From positions 115,649 to 179,648 of the forward strand of contig CAZISE010000003.1 in NCBI GenBank assembly GCA_964541945.1: a stretch of DNA of 64,000 nt, written 5' to 3'. Shown in pieces: positions 9,111 through 17,111 of this stretch (within the stretch, counting starts at the first letter, position 1; every line of letters begins with the position of its first letter). The notes beneath the pieces were generated by a model, which was not told the origin of the DNA, ran no database searches, and saw only the letters and a list, made by a program, of their open reading frames with translations. Source of the stretch: an uncultured Verrucomicrobiota bacterium. GTDB lineage: Bacteria > Verrucomicrobiota > Verrucomicrobiia > Palsa-1439. Position numbers and translations under genes: made by a program.

Positions 9111-9155
9111 CCGATCCGCCCGATCCGACGGATCCGACTGATAGGACTGATCATG
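9111..9155. repeat. 9-bp GATC tandem repeat array 6 (about 5 units) filling the methylase–ATPase intergenic spacer and running into the ATPase start codon
   Basis: ccgatccgc / ccgatccga / cggatccga / ctgatagga / ctgatcATG. Non-coding except for the last unit. Confidence 0.75.
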
Positions 9156-11906
9156 GAACCCTGGTACAAAATCGTGACGCCGCGCAAAGAAGTCCGGGAG
9201 GGACGATCGTTCAACCCGGACGATTTTGCCATTCATCTGGAACAGGTCGTGGCGGGCAAAGCGCCGGAGGATTACCGGGATGCCCGGCAGTTTTTCGCGC
9301 GGACATGCTGGACGAGCGCCCTGCGCTTGCACGCCGGCATGGTTCTCCGCCGACTGGACGGCAAAACCGAGAACACCTCCCCGGTGATGACGTTGGTGAC
9401 ACAGTTCGGCGGCGGCAAAACCCACACGCTGACGGCGTTGTATCACCTGGCCACAAGCGGCAAAAAAGCCGCCAGCTACCACGGAGTCGAGGACTTGCTC
9501 AAGGAAGCCCGGCTTAGCGAAGTGCCGCAAGCGCGGGTCGCCGTGTTCGTGGGCAACGCCTGGGATCCGCACGAGGGACGCGAGACGCCGTGGATGGATG
9601 TTGCCCGGCAACTGGCGGGCGAGAAGGGCGTAGCATTGCTCGGCAAAGACGCCAAGACCACACCGCCCGGCACCGAGGCGTTGGGCCGGATTTTTGAGGC
9701 GGCCGGCGGGCCGGTGTTGATTCTGTGCGATGAAGTGCTGAATTTCGTCAACCGACATCGCAAACTGGCTGAGCCGTTCCACGCCTTTATCCAGAACCTG
9801 ACGGTCGCCATGACCGGCACGACGCACGGGGCGGCGATGATCAGCCTGCCACGCAGTCAGGTGGAGATGACCGAGTGGGATGCGCAGTGGCAGGACAAGA
9901 TCACCAAGGTCGTTAAACGGGTTGCCAAGGATTTGATTGCCAACGACGAGACGGAAATCAGCGAGGTGGTGCGTCGGCGGTTGTTCGAGGACTTGGGCGA
10001 CGAAAAGATTCTCAAGACGGTGGCCCGAACGTTTGCCCATTGGTGTTTCGAGCGTCGGGCGCAGTTGCCGCCCGAATGGACGGCGGTGGACGTGGCAGCG
10101 ACGGAAGCGAAAGCGAAAGAGTTTTTGCGAAATCGGTTTGAGCGTTGTTATCCGTTTCATCCAGCCACGTTGTCGGTATTTCAGCGCAAATGGCAGACGC
10201 TGCCGCAGTATCAACAGACCCGTGGCACGCTGGCGATGCTGGCGCAGTGGATTTCGTGGGCCTACCGGAACGGGTTCCAACACGCTCGACGCGAGTCGTT
10301 GATCACCATCGGCTCGGCGCCGTTGGATGTGGCGGAGTTCAAGGCGACGGTGTTGGGTCAACTCGGCGAAGCGCGACTGGCGGCGGCGATTGATACCGAT
10401 ATTGCCGGACCGAACTCGCACTGCCGGGCGCTGGATGCCGACACCCGCGGGCCGCTGCGCGACATTCACCGTCGGGTCGGCACAGCGATTCTGTTCGAGT
10501 CGTCAGGCGGCCAGGTCAACCGGGTGGCGCATTTGCCGGAGTTACGGTTTGCCATCGGCGAGCCGGACGTGGAAACAACCTCGGTGGATAACGCGGCGCA
10601 TGCGTTGGAAGCGCGGGCGTTTTTCATCAGCCGGGTCGGCTCGGACGGCTTCCGCATCTATCACAAGGCGACGATCCGAAAGGCGGTGGGCGACCGTCGG
10701 GCGTCGTTGGACGAGGACAGCGAGATCAAACCGGCGATGCGCAAGCTGGTGGAGACGGAGTTTCGGCGGGGAGCAACCGTGCCGCTGGTGCTGTTTCCCG
10801 CGGATGGCAGCGAAGTGCCGGATTCGCCGCGATTGACCGTGGTGGTGCTGGCTCCCGAAACGGAATGGAGCGGGCAGAACCCATTGCGCGCACAGATCGC
10901 CGAGTGGACGAAGCGGCGGGGCAAATCGGATCGGTTGTATCCGGCGGCGTTGGTGTGGTGCGTGAAAAAGCCCGGCCGAGATTTTCGCGAAAAGGTGGAG
11001 TTGTGGCTGGCGTGGAAACGAGTGGCACGGGAAGTGGCCGACGGCACGCTGGGGGCGGATTACGATAAAGCCGACCGGGCAGAGATTGAGGCCAAGGTTC
11101 GAGCTGCCGAAGAGGAAGCCAAAGACGAAGTTTGGGGCAGCTACCGGTATGTGATTGTAGCGGATGGAACGGAAACCGACGGCCTGAAGGTGATTGATCT
11201 CGGTGCCGGTCACGCCAGTAGCCATGAGACGTTGAGTGGACGGGTGATCCTCGCGTTGAAAACGCAAAGCTTGCTCAACGACTCGGTCGGGGCCGGTTAC
11301 CTCGAACGCAACTGGCCGGCGGCGTTGAAGGAGACGGGTGCATGGCCGTTGTCGGGCTTGCGCCAGAGTTTCCTCAACGGATCGCTGACGCGGCTCCTCG
11401 ATCCCGACGCCGTGCTGCGCGGCAAGATTCCCGAATTCGTGGCCCGGGGCGAGTTCGGTCTCGCTTCCGGGCCGAAACCGGACGGCACCTACGAAACCGT
11501 TTGGTTCGAGCAGCCGATTTCAGCGGATGAAGTCATGTTCGAGCCGAATGTGTTCCTGCTGACCAAAACAAAAGCCAGGGCGCTAAAATCCGGTGCGACA
11601 ACGGTGGTGGTTGTCCCACCCGAATCGCCGAAACCTTCGGAACCGCAACCGAAGCCGGAGCCGGGCAAGGAATCAGGCCCGGCGCAACTGGTGATGTTGA
11701 CCCTCAGTGGCAGTGTGCCACCAGAGGTCTGGAATCGGCTCGGCACCAAAATCCTGCCCAAGCTGAAAACCGGCAACAACCTCAAGGTGGACGTCGCTTT
11801 CACCGTAACCGTCAAAGCCGATGTCGCCAAAAGTCTGCGGCCAGACTTGCAGCAGAGTCTCAATGACCTCGGGATCTCCGACAAAGTGCGGATTTCGGAA
11901 AACTGA
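9153..11906 (+). CDS. DUF499-family P-loop ATPase (defence-associated); last gene of the operon
   Basis: 917 aa. The Walker A region is VMTLVTQFGGGKTHTLTALYHL, which I recognise as the DUF499 signature. There is a Walker B-like LILCDEV. The long C-terminal region lacks other recognisable domains. Confidence 0.75.
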   Translation: MEPWYKIVTPRKEVREGRSFNPDDFAIHLEQVVAGKAPEDYRDARQFFARTCWTSALRLHAGMVLRRLDGKTENTSPVMTLVTQFGGGKTHTLTALYHLATSGKKAASYHGVEDLLKEARLSEVPQARVAVFVGNAWDPHEGRETPWMDVARQLAGEKGVALLGKDAKTTPPGTEALGRIFEAAGGPVLILCDEVLNFVNRHRKLAEPFHAFIQNLTVAMTGTTHGAAMISLPRSQVEMTEWDAQWQDKITKVVKRVAKDLIANDETEISEVVRRRLFEDLGDEKILKTVARTFAHWCFERRAQLPPEWTAVDVAATEAKAKEFLRNRFERCYPFHPATLSVFQRKWQTLPQYQQTRGTLAMLAQWISWAYRNGFQHARRESLITIGSAPLDVAEFKATVLGQLGEARLAAAIDTDIAGPNSHCRALDADTRGPLRDIHRRVGTAILFESSGGQVNRVAHLPELRFAIGEPDVETTSVDNAAHALEARAFFISRVGSDGFRIYHKATIRKAVGDRRASLDEDSEIKPAMRKLVETEFRRGATVPLVLFPADGSEVPDSPRLTVVVLAPETEWSGQNPLRAQIAEWTKRRGKSDRLYPAALVWCVKKPGRDFREKVELWLAWKRVAREVADGTLGADYDKADRAEIEAKVRAAEEEAKDEVWGSYRYVIVADGTETDGLKVIDLGAGHASSHETLSGRVILALKTQSLLNDSVGAGYLERNWPAALKETGAWPLSGLRQSFLNGSLTRLLDPDAVLRGKIPEFVARGEFGLASGPKPDGTYETVWFEQPISADEVMFEPNVFLLTKTKARALKSGATTVVVVPPESPKPSEPQPKPEPGKESGPAQLVMLTLSGSVPPEVWNRLGTKILPKLKTGNNLKVDVAFTVTVKADVAKSLRPDLQQSLNDLGISDKVRISEN

Positions 11907-11970
11907 TACTGAGCGCCCCGAGGTATGGGCGGCAGTCTTGAGCATGCAGCGTGTCCGCGATGATCGCACT

Positions 11971-14400
11971 CTACCGGTGGCCGGTCAGCGCCACATGGAG
12001 GACGTCGTCCACGGTTTCGACGGGGATCAGTTTTAGTTTGGCACGGGCGTCGGCAGGGATGTCGGGCAAATCCTTTTCGTTGTGTTTGGGGATGATGACC
12101 GTTTTGATGCCGGCCCGCAACGCCGCCAGGCTCTTCTCTTTCAAGCCGCCAATCGGCAACACCAAGCCGCGCAAGGTGATTTCGCCGGTCATCGCCACGT
12201 CGGCGCGAACCGGCCGATCGCTAAACAGCGACGCAATCGCCGTGAACATCGCCACACCCGCCGACGGGCCATCTTTCGGCACGGCACCGGCCGGGACGTG
12301 GATGTGGAGGTCGGTGTCTTTGAAGGCATCGGGTTCAATGCCGAGTTCTTTGGCGCGGGCTTTGACCAGACTCAAGGCGGCTTGAGCACTTTCTTTCATC
12401 ACGTCGCCAATCTGGCCGGTCAGCAGGATGTTGCCCTTGCCGGGGTAACGAATGGCTTCGATGTGCAGAATGTCGCCGCCGGTCGGTGTCCACGCCAGGC
12501 CGGTGACGACGCCGGGTTTGCTGGTGGCGAGTTTGGTTTCGCGGATGTACTTGGGCGGGCCGAGGATTTTCTCGACTTCCGTCGGGGTGATGGTTGTTTC
12601 GGTGATTTCGTTGCGAGCGACGCGGGCAGCGACGGCGCGGCAGATGGCGGCGATCTGGCGTTCGAGTTCGCGCACGCCGGCTTCGCGGGTGTAATCGTCA
12701 ATGATCCGGCGCAGGGCAGCCGTCTCGAATTTGCACTGGCCGTTTTTGAGTCCGTGTTCTTTGAGCTGGCGTTTGACCAGATAGCGGCGGGCGATTTCGA
12801 GTTTCTCGCGGTCGGTGTAGCCGGGCAATTCGATGACTTCCATGCGGTCGCGGAGCGCGGGCGGGACGGTGTCCATCATGTTGGCGGTGCAGATGAACAT
12901 GACCTGCGACAGATCAAACGGCACATCGAGGTAATGATCGTTGAAGGTGTTGTTCTGGCGCGGGTCGAGCACTTCGAGCAGCGCGCTGGCCGGGTCGCCG
13001 CGGAAATCGGCGCCGACCTTGTCAATTTCGTCGAGCATCAGGACCGGGTTTCGGGAACCGCAACGCCGGATTTCCTGGATGATGCGGCCCGGCATGGAGC
13101 CGATGTAGGTGCGGCGGTGGCCGCGGATTTCGGCTTCGTCATGGACACCGCCGAGCGACATGCGGGCGAACTTGCGGCCGAGGGCGTCGGCGATGGATTG
13201 GCCGAGGGAGGTTTTGCCGACGCCGGGCGGGCCGAGGAAACAGAGGATCGGGCCGTGACCGGTCGGGTTGAGTTTGCGGACGGCGAGGTATTCGATGAGG
13301 CGGCGTTTGACTTTTTCGAGGTCGTAATGGTCGCGGTCGAGGATTTTCTGGGCGCGGTCGAGGTCGAGGTTGTCGGTGGTGAGTTTGTTCCAGGGCAGTT
13401 CGGCGATGGTTTCGACGTAGCTGACGATGACGGCGTATTCGGGGCTGGCCGGATGGAGGTGACCGAGCCGGCGCAATTCGCGTTCGGCCTGTTCCATGAC
13501 GGCGGCGGGCGGGGCGGCTTCTTCGAGTTTTTTGCGAAGATTGGCGATTTGTTCTTCGACGCCGCCTTCGGCTTCGCCGAGTTCTTTTTGGATGGCGCGG
13601 AGTTGTTCGCGCAGGACGACTTTGCGTTGTTGGTCGCCGAGTGAGGAGGAGACATCTTTTTGGATTTTCTGCTGGAGGCGTGCGATTTCGAGCTGGCCGG
13701 TGACGGCGCGGAGCACGCCGCGGACGCGTTTGGGGATGTCGAGTTCTTCCAGCAACGCTTGTTTTTGGGGCACATCGAGGTTGATGCTGCCGGCGAGGAA
13801 ATCGGACAGCGCGCCGGGGTCTTCGATGTTGAGGATGACCATTTTGACCGGCTCGGATTCTTCGAGGGTCAGTTCGACGAGTTTCAGCGCGGAGTCGCGC
13901 AGGCCCTGGACGGCGGCTTCAAATTCCTTGTCGCCGGTGGGGGCGGGTTTGGATTCCAAGGGCTGAACTTCGGCGCGCAAATAGGGTTGGGTGGCCAGCA
14001 CGCGGCGCAGGGCGACCCGTTGGATGGCTTGCACAACCACGACGAGTTGGTCGGGGGATGGCCGCAACAGTTTCAACACCGTGGCGGCCACGCCGACGGG
14101 ATAGATTTCTTCGGGTGTTGGGTCGTCGGTTTTGGGGTCTTTCTGGGCGAAGACGCCGATGATTTTGTTTTGTGGGAGGGTGTCCTCGATCAACTGGCGC
14201 GAGCCGGGCCGGCCGATGGTCAGCGGGGTAACCATGCCGGGGAACAGGACGGTGTTGCGGATGGGCAGGATCGGCAACGCGCGCGGCAACCCGCTGGACG
14301 GTTCGGTTTCGGGCGACGACGGCGCGGCGTTATCGTTCGTCGCGCCGGGCGGCGGCGTGTCGGAGGCGACCGGGAAGGTGAAATACGGGGAGAGGCTCAC
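11971..14400 (-). CDS. lon: ATP-dependent protease Lon
   Basis: Lon N-domain LPILPIRNTVLFPGMVTPL, AAA+ Walker A GPPGVGKTSLGQSIA, protease serine PKDGPSAGVAMFTAIASL. The ORF extends to 14463, but a GTG at 14398-14400 overlaps the upstream Hsp20 stop (GTGA) and sits just before the conserved N-domain. The start is therefore uncertain (14400 or 14463). Confidence 0.85.
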   Translation of the reverse strand: MSLSPYFTFPVASDTPPPGATNDNAAPSSPETEPSSGLPRALPILPIRNTVLFPGMVTPLTIGRPGSRQLIEDTLPQNKIIGVFAQKDPKTDDPTPEEIYPVGVAATVLKLLRPSPDQLVVVVQAIQRVALRRVLATQPYLRAEVQPLESKPAPTGDKEFEAAVQGLRDSALKLVELTLEESEPVKMVILNIEDPGALSDFLAGSINLDVPQKQALLEELDIPKRVRGVLRAVTGQLEIARLQQKIQKDVSSSLGDQQRKVVLREQLRAIQKELGEAEGGVEEQIANLRKKLEEAAPPAAVMEQAERELRRLGHLHPASPEYAVIVSYVETIAELPWNKLTTDNLDLDRAQKILDRDHYDLEKVKRRLIEYLAVRKLNPTGHGPILCFLGPPGVGKTSLGQSIADALGRKFARMSLGGVHDEAEIRGHRRTYIGSMPGRIIQEIRRCGSRNPVLMLDEIDKVGADFRGDPASALLEVLDPRQNNTFNDHYLDVPFDLSQVMFICTANMMDTVPPALRDRMEVIELPGYTDREKLEIARRYLVKRQLKEHGLKNGQCKFETAALRRIIDDYTREAGVRELERQIAAICRAVAARVARNEITETTITPTEVEKILGPPKYIRETKLATSKPGVVTGLAWTPTGGDILHIEAIRYPGKGNILLTGQIGDVMKESAQAALSLVKARAKELGIEPDAFKDTDLHIHVPAGAVPKDGPSAGVAMFTAIASLFSDRPVRADVAMTGEITLRGLVLPIGGLKEKSLAALRAGIKTVIIPKHNEKDLPDIPADARAKLKLIPVETVDDVLHVALTGHR

Positions 14401-14831
14401 GTGGCATGCTCCTGGGCGGGATGAATGGTTTGGGCGGGCCGGGCCAACGGCAGCGTGATCCACAACAGCCCGTCACGATATACCGCCGTCACCCGCTCGG
14501 CGTCCACCGAATGCGGCAGTTCCAGCGCCCGTTCAAACGGGCCGTAATCAATCTCCATCATCAGCAACCGGGCCGCGCGTCCTTCCTGGGGCGGCGGTTC
14601 GGGCGCGGGGCGTGTGCCCGAAACGATCAGGCGCCGCGCCTCGACGCGCACGGAAATGTCTTTGCGATCCATGCCGGCCAGATCGAAACAGATGACAAAT
14701 CGGTCGTGGAGCCGGTAGGCATTGACGGCGGGCCGCCACTGGGCGGTGGCGCTGAACGCGCCGAGCGCGCCGCGGCGTAGTTCCGCGGCCAGGCGGTTCA
14801 TTTCCGCGTGGAGCCGTTCAAATTCATTCAT
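14397..14831 (-). CDS. Hsp20/alpha-crystallin small heat-shock protein
   Basis: This is the C-terminal 145 aa of listed ORF 14397..15539, starting at ATG ~14829-14831 (MNEFERLHAEMNRL...). The alpha-crystallin domain is WRPAVNAYRLHDRFVICFDLAGMDRKDISVRVEARRLIVSG...GLLWITLP. The start overlaps the MarC stop (ATGA). Confidence 0.8.
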   Translation of the reverse strand: MNEFERLHAEMNRLAAELRRGALGAFSATAQWRPAVNAYRLHDRFVICFDLAGMDRKDISVRVEARRLIVSGTRPAPEPPPQEGRAARLLMMEIDYGPFERALELPHSVDAERVTAVYRDGLLWITLPLARPAQTIHPAQEHAT

Positions 14832-15472
14832 GACGCACCTCCTCCGGCGATCAGGCCGAGCGATTGCAGGGCATTGATGGCAAACTGTACCGCCACTGCC
14901 GCCAACAGCAGTCCCATCAGGCGCGTGACCAGCCGCATTGCCAGCGGGCTGAGCTGACGCGCGCCGCGGGCGGCCACCGCCAATATGACATAACTGGCGG
15001 CGGCCACCAACCCGATACTGACAAACAACGCCGCGCGTTGGGCCATGGTTTGGGCCTGGTGCATGAGAATCAACGCGGTCGAAATCGCGCCCGGTCCGGC
15101 CAGCATCGGCACGGCCAGCGGCGTGATCGCGATGTCGTCCTTGGCCGCGCCGGCGTCGCGTTCCTCGTCGGTTTCCCGCGCGGCGGAACGGCGAGCGTAC
15201 AACATGTCCAACGCGATCCGCAGCAACAACAGGCTGCCGGCAATCTGGAAAGCGGGCAACGTGATGCCCAGAAACCGGAAAATCCACGGCCCGGCCAGCG
15301 CGAACACCGCCAGCACGCCCGCCGACACGACGGCAGCCAGCCGCGCCATCCGCAGCCGGTCGGCGGTGGAATCGGTCGGCGTCATGGCCAGAAAAGCCGG
15401 CACGGCCGCGATCGGGTCCACAATCACGAACAGCGAACTGACGGCCAGCAGACTGTACTCGACCAGTGTCAT
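14828..15472 (-). CDS. MarC-family (UPF0056) integral membrane protein
   Basis: 214 aa, six predicted TM segments. Family-typical stretches are LFVIVDPIAAVPAF and AITPLAVPMLAGPGAIST. Confidence 0.75.
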   Translation of the reverse strand: MTLVEYSLLAVSSLFVIVDPIAAVPAFLAMTPTDSTADRLRMARLAAVVSAGVLAVFALAGPWIFRFLGITLPAFQIAGSLLLLRIALDMLYARRSAARETDEERDAGAAKDDIAITPLAVPMLAGPGAISTALILMHQAQTMAQRAALFVSIGLVAAASYVILAVAARGARQLSPLAMRLVTRLMGLLLAAVAVQFAINALQSLGLIAGGGAS

Positions 15473-15653
15473 CCGAATTCCTTTTCGCCGCTCTACCGCT
15501 CTGCCGCGCGGCTCGTTTCTTCCCTCCCATGATTACCAAAAAAACGCCGCGATCACCAACGGTTTTGACCGGCGCGGGACGACCACTCTCGTCGTCCGTT
15601 CATGACCACGGCGAACAAGCAGCCGGTGCGCTCCGCTCTTTTTGTTCCCATCT

Positions 15654-16568
15654 TCATGCCGTTTCATGCGTCATTTCCCAGCGCAACCGCGTTTGCACGG
15701 CGCCGATCAACATTTCCACCTCCTTGCGAGAGCGTTTCAGCAACATCGCCACCTCGTCCGGCTCGAAACCTTCGACAAAATACAACTCAAACACCGCCCG
15801 TTCCTCTGCCGGCCAGTTTTGGGCGGCGTGTTGGAGGTGTTCCAGCCAGTCTTTGCGCGCCGCTGCGGCATCGGGCGCCGTTTCGATCGTCGGTTCCACC
15901 GGCGCCGTCTCGCGGGCGTCCTCGCGCCAGGCGCGGAGACGGCGCTGCAACTCGCGTCGGGCCAGCTCGTACAGCCATACCCGGTAAGTGCGGTCGTCCG
16001 GTTTCTCCCACGGCGCGGCCAGGGCCTGCCGGGCCGTTTCATCCACAACGGCGCGGGCGTCCAGCGCGCCCGGCGGCAGTTCGCCGGTCAGTTCGTGTTG
16101 CCGCAACAGACGCCGAACATGCCGCAACAACGCAGCCTGTTCGCGTTCCAGCCATTGTGCCACCACGTCGCGCGCGGTTTGCGGGCCGCTGCCCGGCGCC
16201 ATCGGTTCGGGCGCAAACCCGGCGCTGAGCGATGGACGGCGTTCCCTGCGTTTCCACTGCGACGCGCCGCGGAGTTTTTCCTTGAGCCTCTCCAACTCGC
16301 GCAGCAGCGTTTTCACCGCTTCACCGAACGCCTCGATAAGGTCGTTGGAGGTCTTTTCACTGCGCAGGATGTTGCTGGGGATGCGCAGGGTCAGCGTGGC
16401 GGTGAACAACGGTTTCCTGGGCGACCGTTTCAGCGCGATGTGCAAGTGGACCGTGTCGGGCGGGAAATGTTTCAGGTGCCGTTCCAGTTTGCCGATTTTC
16501 TGGCGGAGTTTTTTCCGCAGAAAATCGTCCTCGCTGACGTTTTCGGTTACGATGTTCCAACGGATCAT
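15654..16568 (-). CDS. fusion protein: N-terminal HPF/YfiA (ribosome hibernation, S30AE) domain + C-terminal ECF-type sigma-70 regions 2 and 4
   Basis: The likely start is ATG ~16566-16568 (MIRWNIVTENVSEDDFLRKKLRQKIGKLERHLKHF...DLIEAFGEAVKTLLRELERLKEKLR), preceded by GGAGG. This N-domain parallels the standalone HPF at 46241-46573 segment by segment. The C-terminal part has sigma region 2-like (DETARQALAAPW...YRVWLYELARRELQRRLR) and region 4 HTH (AEERAVFELYFVEGFEPDEVAMLLKRSRKEVEMLIGAVQTRLR) segments. The listed ORF extends to 16760 with an Arg/Gly-rich N-extension that is probably not translated. Confidence 0.6.
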   Translation of the reverse strand: MIRWNIVTENVSEDDFLRKKLRQKIGKLERHLKHFPPDTVHLHIALKRSPRKPLFTATLTLRIPSNILRSEKTSNDLIEAFGEAVKTLLRELERLKEKLRGASQWKRRERRPSLSAGFAPEPMAPGSGPQTARDVVAQWLEREQAALLRHVRRLLRQHELTGELPPGALDARAVVDETARQALAAPWEKPDDRTYRVWLYELARRELQRRLRAWREDARETAPVEPTIETAPDAAAARKDWLEHLQHAAQNWPAEERAVFELYFVEGFEPDEVAMLLKRSRKEVEMLIGAVQTRLRWEMTHETA

Positions 16569-17050
16569 ACCGATTCCTCCCTGTTGGCGGGTTGACCCCG
16601 TGACACGTGAGGTTTGAGCGCCTGGAGCAATTCCCGTTGGCCGGCCTTGACCAGATCGCGCGGAATGGTTTTCTCCACCCGGCGTCGGACCGGGGCCGGC
16701 AGCTCGTCGAAGATCGGGCGGCCGATTTCCTTGTGCGCCACCAGCCACACGCCGTCGCAACCGCTCTCCCGCGCCAGCCGGGTCGTGTGGCGGGCGATTT
16801 GTTTGATGAGGCGGCGTCGGAGTTCCAATCGCAGATTATGGTCGTCGGCCATCGGGGCGCCCCATTTGTGTTGGGTGGGCGAGACGTGGCGGCCGGCGAG
16901 ATCGGCCACTTCATCCAGCAACCGGCGATGGGCTTCTTCCAGGCGCACCTGCTCGATCGGCCCCAACCGCGGCGTGCCGCGTGGCGTGGTTTCCAGCCGA
17001 TAGGCTTTCAACAGGCCGAGGTCGGTGACGATTATCAGTTTGTTGTTCAT
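16565..17050 (-). CDS. host-attachment-protein-like (PF10116; bacterial eRF1-like 'baeRF') family protein
   Basis: 161 aa. MNNKLIIVTDLGLLKAYRL...DDHNLRLELRRRLIKQIARHTTRLARESGCDGVWLVAHKEIGRPIFDELPAPVRRRVEKTIPRDL resembles the Host_attach family in layout. The stop overlaps the downstream HPF-sigma start (ATGA). Confidence 0.45.
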   Translation of the reverse strand: MNNKLIIVTDLGLLKAYRLETTPRGTPRLGPIEQVRLEEAHRRLLDEVADLAGRHVSPTQHKWGAPMADDHNLRLELRRRLIKQIARHTTRLARESGCDGVWLVAHKEIGRPIFDELPAPVRRRVEKTIPRDLVKAGQRELLQALKPHVSRGQPANREESV

Positions 17051-17111
17051 GCGATCCCCTCCTTTTTCTCCGTCGGGACGCGATGGGCGCTGATTCGATT
17101 TCCTCGTTTCG

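Noticed and set aside
5303-9155. Possibility that the short repeat arrays are a CRISPR array or insertion-sequence ends
   Set aside because: Units are only 9 bp and directly abutting with no unique spacers. There are no cas genes, no transposase or integrase, and the repeats are in-frame within conserved genes.
12082-13644. 520-aa + strand ORF inside lon, and similar long Gly/Asp/Val-rich + ORFs (17184..18665, 43842..45509, 50296..51900, 52000–54825)
   Set aside because: They are antisense to Lon, HtrA, the RND adaptor/TolC, GlgP and the HK/NtrC genes respectively. The biased composition is typical of wrong-strand ORFs in GC-rich DNA.
14832-15539. N-terminal 235 aa of the 380-aa minus ORF 14397..15539
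   Set aside because: It overlaps the MarC gene in another frame and is Arg/Gly-rich. Only the C-terminal 145 aa, from the internal ATG, form the Hsp20 domain.
16565-16760. Arg/Gly-rich N-terminal extension of the HPF–sigma ORF (listed start 16760)
   Set aside because: The conserved HPF beta-strand 1 begins at the internal ATG with a GGAGG RBS. The extension overlaps the upstream baeRF-like gene.
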